Below are positions 58,417 to 64,000 of a stretch of 64,000 nt of DNA, piece after piece. The stretch covers positions 192,001-256,000 of the forward strand of contig CAVTNB010000001.1 of assembly GCA_963736005.1 (NCBI GenBank), read 5' to 3'. A program made the translations under genes and the position numbers. The notes under the pieces are model-generated. The model made no database searches. It saw nothing but the letters and a program-made list of their open reading frames with translations, and was not told the origin of the DNA. Within the stretch, counting starts at the first letter, position 1; every line of letters starts with the position of its first letter. Origin of the DNA: an uncultured Pseudomonadota bacterium (GTDB taxonomy: Bacteria > Vulcanimicrobiota > Vulcanimicrobiia > Eremiobacterales > Eremiobacteraceae).

Positions 58417-59274
58417 CTAGGCAAAGACAACGGTTTTGTTTCCATACACCAAGATGCGGTTTTCGAGATGCCAGCGAACCGCTCGGGTGAGTACGGCTCG
58501 TTCGGCGTCTCCTCCCTTGCGGATCATGTCCGCCAGTGAGTCGCGGTGCGTAATGCGAACGATGTCTTGCTCGATAATCGGACCCTCGTCGAGCACCTTC
58601 GTCACGTAATGGCTCGTTGCTCCGATCAGTTTGACGCCTCGCTCGTACGACCGATGATACGGCCGTGCCCCGATGAATGCGGGAAGAAACGAATGGTGCA
58701 CGTTGATCATGCGATTCGGATAACTGGCAACAAAGTCATCAGACAACACCTGCATGTAGCGCGCAAGAACGACGAGGTCGATGCCCCGCTGCACAAGGAG
58801 TTCCCGTTGCGTTGCCTCAGCGGCATCCTTGCCTCCCGATGCAAGACGAACGTAGTGAAAGGGGATCCCATAAAACTCCGTCAGCCTGCGGAGATCATCG
58901 TGATTGCTTATGACGAGCCGAATTTCACACTGCAGTTCGCCGATCTGATGTCGAAAGAGCAAGTCCGCCAGACAATGCCCGGCCTTCGAAACCAAGATGG
59001 CGACATTCGGCCGATCCGATGAGCGCGCCACGCGCCACGTCATAGCGAACTCGCGCCCCAGACCAGCAAATTCTGTCGCGAATGCCTCCAACGGGATGCT
59101 GAAGTCAGTCAGGTCCCATTCCAGGCGTAGGAAGTACTCGTTGATCTCTGGATCTTGATGCTCGTCCGCGCGAACGATATTTCCGCCACGCTCGTAAATG
59201 AACGTTGAGACCGCCGCGACGACTCCCTTGCGATCCACGCATTGCACGAGAAGAATGCCGGTTTCCACCATCAC
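58417..59274 (-). CDS. purU: Formyltetrahydrofolate deformylase
   Basis: ACT domain, 'VSK..HCL.DLL', 'LARYMQVLS', 'INVHHSFLP.F.GA.PY', 'LDEGPIIEQ'. Confidence 0.97.
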   Translation of the reverse strand: MMVETGILLVQCVDRKGVVAAVSTFIYERGGNIVRADEHQDPEINEYFLRLEWDLTDFSIPLEAFATEFAGLGREFAMTWRVARSSDRPNVAILVSKAGHCLADLLFRHQIGELQCEIRLVISNHDDLRRLTEFYGIPFHYVRLASGGKDAAEATQRELLVQRGIDLVVLARYMQVLSDDFVASYPNRMINVHHSFLPAFIGARPYHRSYERGVKLIGATSHYVTKVLDEGPIIEQDIVRITHRDSLADMIRKGGDAERAVLTRAVRWHLENRILVYGNKTVVFA

Positions 59275-59366
59275 GTCTCACTTGGCGCCGCGACAACCCA
59301 TCGACCTGCGAGAGAGGTTGGGTCGCCAAAATCTGCGAACGCTCGTTCGCAGCGAGGAGTCGCAGT

Positions 59367-59888
59367 ATGTTCAAAACTGTTTTGATCCTACTGATTGCAG
59401 CAAATACCAGTCAGAGCACGATCGTCACGGTGTATCAGCCGGGTCACATGCATGTGCTCGAGACGGTGAACGGCTCGTGCTGGACCGATTCGATCGCGGT
59501 GCAGCGCACCGATGCCTTTCGCTGCATGAGCGGCAATACAATCCACGATCCGTGTTTCATCAGCGGCAAGAAATCAGTCGCCTGCCCCGAGGACCTGCTC
59601 CACGATCGGGGCACCAAAATAAATCTCACGGCACCGTTGCCCGCCAGCGCCGGTCAAACTGGGGGTGACAATGTGTGGGCCTTCCAGCTTGCCTCGGGGG
59701 CGCTCTGTCGCATCGGCACAGGCACGATAACTCCAGGCTACCCCTATTACTGCAGCGTGCCTCCGGTTTGCAGCGAACCCAAGCGGTCATCGGATCCGTC
59801 CGTGTACGAAACGAATTGCGGCAAGACCGAGAATGGCATGACCGTGACCTCGGTGCGCGTTGAAAAAGTTAGCCGGATCTGGAAGTAG
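59367..59888 (+). CDS. Cysteine-rich exported hypothetical protein
   Basis: GAGGAG upstream, short signal-like N-terminus, 8 Cys. Confidence 0.75.
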   Translation: MFKTVLILLIAANTSQSTIVTVYQPGHMHVLETVNGSCWTDSIAVQRTDAFRCMSGNTIHDPCFISGKKSVACPEDLLHDRGTKINLTAPLPASAGQTGGDNVWAFQLASGALCRIGTGTITPGYPYYCSVPPVCSEPKRSSDPSVYETNCGKTENGMTVTSVRVEKVSRIWK

Positions 59889-59890
59889 CA

Positions 59891-60904
59891 ATGAGTGCCA
59901 CCGCGCTCGGAGTACACTTCGAGCGCGAGATTAGAGAACAGCCTGAAGTTTGGATGCGCCTCGCCCGATCGCAGACGGCGTATGAGCTGGCAAGAGCGCT
60001 CGGAGGCGAGGTCATCCTCGTCGGTAGCGGCAGCTCGCTCTTTGCGGCACAGCTCGGTGCGCTTGCGTTACGAAGGCGAGGCATCGCGGCGCATGCCTTA
60101 GCGGCCACTGAAGCGCGTCTCGATCATCGTGCCTACCAAGGTAAAATCATCGTTGCTATTTCCCAAAGTGGTCGATCGTCAGACGTCCTGGGCGCACTTG
60201 AGATTCTTGCGCCTTGCCGCGTCATCGCGCTGACGAATACAGCCGACTCGCCTCTGGCCGCACGAGCCGATGTAGCCTTGGATGTTGGCGCGGGCATCGA
60301 GCTTGCGGTACCTGCGAGCAAGAGCGTCACCGCCACCGTTGCCATACTTCTTTGGGCCGCGTCTCTTGTTGGTGCGGACCCAGGGCGCGGCAGTGACGTT
60401 CTCACAGCAGCTGCGCAAGAGGCGCAACGCTGGCTGGGAGGCGATGGTCCGCTGCACGTTGCAACCGCAGCTGCGCAGATAGCAGGTCGCCCGCACGTCG
60501 CGGTGCTCGGCTCGGACTATGGCCTGCCCGTGGCGCGCGAAATTGCGCTGAAACTGAAGGAGGCGAGCTATCTGCACGCCGAGGGCTTCGCCGCAGGCGA
60601 ATTTCGCCACGGTAGCGTGTCGATGGTCGACGATTCCTTTAGCGTTATCGGAATCATCGACGAGGACGCGCTCGCTGTTGTGCAACGACCGCTGCGCGAG
60701 GTGCAGCAATCCGGCGCCCTTCGCTTCGTTATCGGCTCGCAGGGGGTAGACGGTGCTCCCGGCCTCGGACCGATCATCAGCGAGGCGTACAACACCCTTG
60801 CGTGGCTCATGACGGGTCAACTGCTTGCCCTTGAGGCCGCCCGCGCTCGCGGTATCGATAGCGATTCACCGCGCGGCTTGACGAAGGCGCTGGTTACTGA
60901 GTGA
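59891..60904 (+). CDS. Double-SIS sugar-phosphate isomerase/deaminase (GlmS isomerase-domain-like)
   Basis: 'EIREQP', 'GSGSS', 'ISQSG.S', 'E.ALKLKE', 'GEFRHG', 'PRGLTK'; no glutaminase domain. Confidence 0.88.
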   Translation: MSATALGVHFEREIREQPEVWMRLARSQTAYELARALGGEVILVGSGSSLFAAQLGALALRRRGIAAHALAATEARLDHRAYQGKIIVAISQSGRSSDVLGALEILAPCRVIALTNTADSPLAARADVALDVGAGIELAVPASKSVTATVAILLWAASLVGADPGRGSDVLTAAAQEAQRWLGGDGPLHVATAAAQIAGRPHVAVLGSDYGLPVAREIALKLKEASYLHAEGFAAGEFRHGSVSMVDDSFSVIGIIDEDALAVVQRPLREVQQSGALRFVIGSQGVDGAPGLGPIISEAYNTLAWLMTGQLLALEAARARGIDSDSPRGLTKALVTE

Positions 60905-62322
60905 ACGTCGAGACGCAAGCACTCGAACGCGAGATCGTTGCGCGCGACGCTCGGTTAGTCCGCGGTGTCGGCTTGGGCGGCGGGGTGGCGATCAACGTCA
61001 TCTCCATGATCGGCATCGGGCCGCTCATCACCATCCCGCTTGTGCTCGGCGCGTTGCACGGACCGCTGTCCTTGAGCGGCTGGTTATTGGGAGCGCTCCT
61101 TGCCATGTGCGACGGCCTCGTGTGGGCGGAACTCGGCTCCATGCTGCCGGGTTCGGGTGGAACGTATGGTTATTTGCGTGAGATCTTCGGCAAGGTCCGT
61201 GCCGGCAGGCTGCTCGCCTTTGTCTTCGTCTGGCAAACGATCTTTGTCGCGCCCCTCAATCAGGCCACGGGTTACATTGGCTTTGCCAATTACGCCGGCT
61301 ATCTCTTTCCAAGGCTCACGGTCTCACCGTGGGGACTCAAAGGTCTTGCAATCGCCATCGGAATCGTCACCATCTTCGCCCTGTATCGCGGCATCAAAGA
61401 AGTCTCTCGCATCGGGCTTGCCCTCGCCGTCGCCTCGGTAGTCACGCTGCTGTGCGTGATCGTCGCTTCGTACGCGCGATTTTCGCCTGCGCAGGCCTTG
61501 ACGCTTCCGCCGCACGATTCGATTTGGCTTGGCTTGCGGGCAGGGCTCGGTCAGGCGCTTATCATTGCGATGTATGACTATGCGGGCTACGGTCAATCAA
61601 GCTGCATCGGCGGCGAAATGATCAATCCGTCGCGCACGATCCCGCGCTCGATCATCATTTCAATCGCGCTCGTTGCGGTCTTGTACGTTTCCATGCAGCT
61701 TGGGATCCTTGGCGCGATTCCGTGGCAGAAGGTCGTGCCCCTCGCTGATGGGTCGCTGCCACCGTTAGGCCAACATCTTGCCTCAGCAGTCGTGGAGCAC
61801 GTGTTTGGAGCCGGGGCCGCCATTTTCGTTACCGTCCTCATTCTCGTGACCGCCTTCGCCTCGGTGTACGGCAACCTGCTTGGCTACTCGCGAGTCCCCT
61901 TTGCCGCCGCAGCGGACGGAGTATTCCTGAGGCCATTCGCGCACGTCGACGACAAGCAACGGTTCCCCGATGTCGCGCTGTTGGTCATGGGCGTCTTTGC
62001 GCTCGTGGCCTGTCTCTTTTCGCTCGACCAGATCATCAACGCACTCACCGCCGCCGGTGTGCTCATCCAATCGATCGCCCAGATCGCAGCGCTGGTCGTC
62101 ATCCGGGCGCGGGGAGCGATTCCCCCGTATCGGATGTGGTGGTACCCTGTGCCTGCGCTGGTTGCGTTGGCGGGATGGGTATTCATCTTTGCAAGCGCAG
62201 GCCTCGCGGCCATCATTTTTGGCATCGGGAGCCTGCTCGCGGGCGTCTTGGTTTTCATGATCCGCGCAGCTCGGCGCCGCGAGTGGCCATTTGGGGACCT
62301 CGTGTCTGGACCTGGTGCCTGA
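60901..62322 (+). CDS. APC-family amino acid/amine permease
   Basis: 'MIG.GP', 'WAELG..LP.SGG.Y.YL', 'YDY.GY', multi-TM. Confidence 0.9.
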   Translation: MNVETQALEREIVARDARLVRGVGLGGGVAINVISMIGIGPLITIPLVLGALHGPLSLSGWLLGALLAMCDGLVWAELGSMLPGSGGTYGYLREIFGKVRAGRLLAFVFVWQTIFVAPLNQATGYIGFANYAGYLFPRLTVSPWGLKGLAIAIGIVTIFALYRGIKEVSRIGLALAVASVVTLLCVIVASYARFSPAQALTLPPHDSIWLGLRAGLGQALIIAMYDYAGYGQSSCIGGEMINPSRTIPRSIIISIALVAVLYVSMQLGILGAIPWQKVVPLADGSLPPLGQHLASAVVEHVFGAGAAIFVTVLILVTAFASVYGNLLGYSRVPFAAAADGVFLRPFAHVDDKQRFPDVALLVMGVFALVACLFSLDQIINALTAAGVLIQSIAQIAALVVIRARGAIPPYRMWWYPVPALVALAGWVFIFASAGLAAIIFGIGSLLAGVLVFMIRAARRREWPFGDLVSGPGA

Positions 62323-62422
62323 AAGGTAAATCACCTTTCTGCGTTCGAACTGACGCGGCTCAAAGCAATTTTTCGTGATTGCTTTGCTCGTGGCGTTGGT
62401 TAGGGCGTGATAGGAGGTCGTG

Positions 62423-64000
62423 ATGGCTAAGGCGAGGGCCATTTCTGGCTTGCTAGTCCGGTTCGTTGCAAGCGCGTTTCTTTTTGCCTCGGTTTTGGGT
62501 GACGATCGGCTTCCGGCTGATGCGGCAGGTGGCGTCACCGGGAATCTACGCGGCGATGTCGTGGATTCGCAAACCAATAGCCCAGTTGTTGATGCCAAAG
62601 TTGCGGCTATCTCACCGTCCGGGTCTTTCCACACCAGCACCGACGCGCATGGATTCTTTGCTCTGTTGCAGTTGCCAACCGATACGTACACCGTCACGGT
62701 TTCAAAAGATGGCTACGTTGGTCAAGCGCTCACCGGCATCACCGTCTTGGGGGACGAGTCGCAGAGCATCGGCACCCTTCGGCTCGTGCCATCACCGAAA
62801 TCGCTCGGCTCGGTGCGCGTCACGGGGCACTCGGCGGCATCTGCCTTTCAACCTACCCAGACGACCGACGAAACAACGTTCGTTGGCGGTCGCGTGGACC
62901 AGGCGCTCGGTGAGAAGGGATCGACTGACTACAATAAACTCGTGCAGTCAGTCCCCGGGGTCATCACAACCGTGAACGGGAGTCTCAATCCCATCTCGAT
63001 CCGAGGATCGGCGAGCGTTGAGATAGGCTACCAGTTTGACGGCATCGACTTTAGCGGGAACTTCTTTGACGAAAACGGCGATGACTCGTACCTAAATGGT
63101 ATCGGCGGCGGTCATGGCTCGCTGCAAGTCGTCAGCGGAGCGGGCGATGCCACCCAAGGCGGCATCGGTGCCGGTGTGGTCAACATCGTTCCAGGCCGGG
63201 GCTCCTACCCCGGCGACGGGTTCGTGAGCTTCGACACCGGCTCGCCATACTACGACCACTCGATGGCGTTCGAATATGGCACAGCGACCAAAGACAACCG
63301 TTTTTCAGATTTTTTCTCCTCGCGATCGTCGCGCTCGGCTCCACAAATTGCGCCGTATGGGCGCGATGCTTCCGATGCTGGTCAGTACTTGGGGACCTCG
63401 TTCACCTACGATGATGACGTCCTGAATAATTTCTTCTATCACTTTGGGAAGAATCAAAATCAAGAAATTCAAGTGTTGGCGCGCTGGATGGACCATCGTT
63501 CGTGGGCCGAGCTTGGCGGTCTCGGGAATGTGAATTTCTATCCCTACGATCCGTTCTCGTACACGCAGTTCCAGACCGATCCGAACGGTGCCGCCATGTG
63601 GCCGGAGTGCCCGGCGTCGGGTGCGTGTGGTTATCCGAACAACGGCATCGACCCAGGTCTTGCGTGGTACCAATCGATCATTCCTTATTATGCGCTGGTG
63701 CCGACAACAAAAACCGCCCCGACGCAGCCCGAACAGTACATCTACGGTCCAGAAAACGTGCTCAAGTTAGGCTACACGTGGAACATGAACTCAAGCACCG
63801 CCCTGAACGCATTCTTCTACAATTGGGGCGGGCTCTTCCCAAGCAACATCACGGGTGACTCGCAGTTCCTCACCACCGGGTCGTTTTTTCCAGGTTATAA
63901 CAATGTCGGCGGGCGTCGGGTTGGATTCCAGACGCAGCTCACGAAGCAAGTGGGTGAGAAGCACACCTTCTCCGTCGTCGGCAAATTCGAAAATGGATTT
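62423..64000 (+). CDS. TonB-dependent receptor with an N-terminal carboxypeptidase-regulatory-like domain, 3'-truncated
   Basis: Absent from the ORF track because no stop occurs in the window. AGGAGG upstream; own translation gives a signal peptide, 'TGNLRG.VVD...TD.HGFF..LQLP.DTYTVTVSK.GY' and plug-like 'SVPGV...SIRG...GYQFDGI'. Confidence 0.88.
   Translation, partial: MAKARAISGLLVRFVASAFLFASVLGDDRLPADAAGGVTGNLRGDVVDSQTNSPVVDAKVAAISPSGSFHTSTDAHGFFALLQLPTDTYTVTVSKDGYVGQALTGITVLGDESQSIGTLRLVPSPKSLGSVRVTGHSAASAFQPTQTTDETTFVGGRVDQALGEKGSTDYNKLVQSVPGVITTVNGSLNPISIRGSASVEIGYQFDGIDFSGNFFDENGDDSYLNGIGGGHGSLQVVSGAGDATQGGIGAGVVNIVPGRGSYPGDGFVSFDTGSPYYDHSMAFEYGTATKDNRFSDFFSSRSSRSAPQIAPYGRDASDAGQYLGTSFTYDDDVLNNFFYHFGKNQNQEIQVLARWMDHRSWAELGGLGNVNFYPYDPFSYTQFQTDPNGAAMWPECPASGACGYPNNGIDPGLAWYQSIIPYYALVPTTKTAPTQPEQYIYGPENVLKLGYTWNMNSSTALNAFFYNWGGLFPSNITGDSQFLTTGSFFPGYNNVGGRRVGFQTQLTKQVGEKHTFSVVGKFENGF

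Overview
Bacterial chromosomal segment of roughly 60% GC (visual estimate), mostly on the + strand. It combines Firmicutes-like gene orders (rpsB-tsf-pyrH-frr-cdsA-dxr-rseP-ispG-proS; yqeG-aroE; cdaA-cdaR-glmM; Amj) with outer-membrane genes (PilQ secretin, TonB-dependent receptor). This suggests a diderm Terrabacteria lineage such as Ca. Eremiobacterota/Vulcanimicrobiota (inference only). The centre of the window (about 25-48 kb) is an unusual type IV pilus locus: pilT, a 23-aa membrane peptide ORF, pilC, a SigB/SigF-type sigma factor, three paralogous GT-C glycosyltransferases split by an 8 x 29-bp REP tandem array, three 144-aa pilins with a conserved Cys/Asp/Asp/His plus CxxC pattern and a Thr-rich patch, pilD, a Crp-family regulator, pilMNOPQ, aroC and a 1390-aa TPR/coiled-coil protein. 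Five sigma28-like promoter motifs and two CRP-like boxes lie in its intergenic regions. Also present: several families of GTAG-type REP/REPIN elements, a c-di-AMP riboswitch right after the c-di-AMP synthase operon, a frameshifted polysaccharide deacetylase and a degenerate formiminotransferase-like gene. No rRNA, tRNA, CRISPR array or transposase was recognised. All calls come from reading the sequence; no database search was run.
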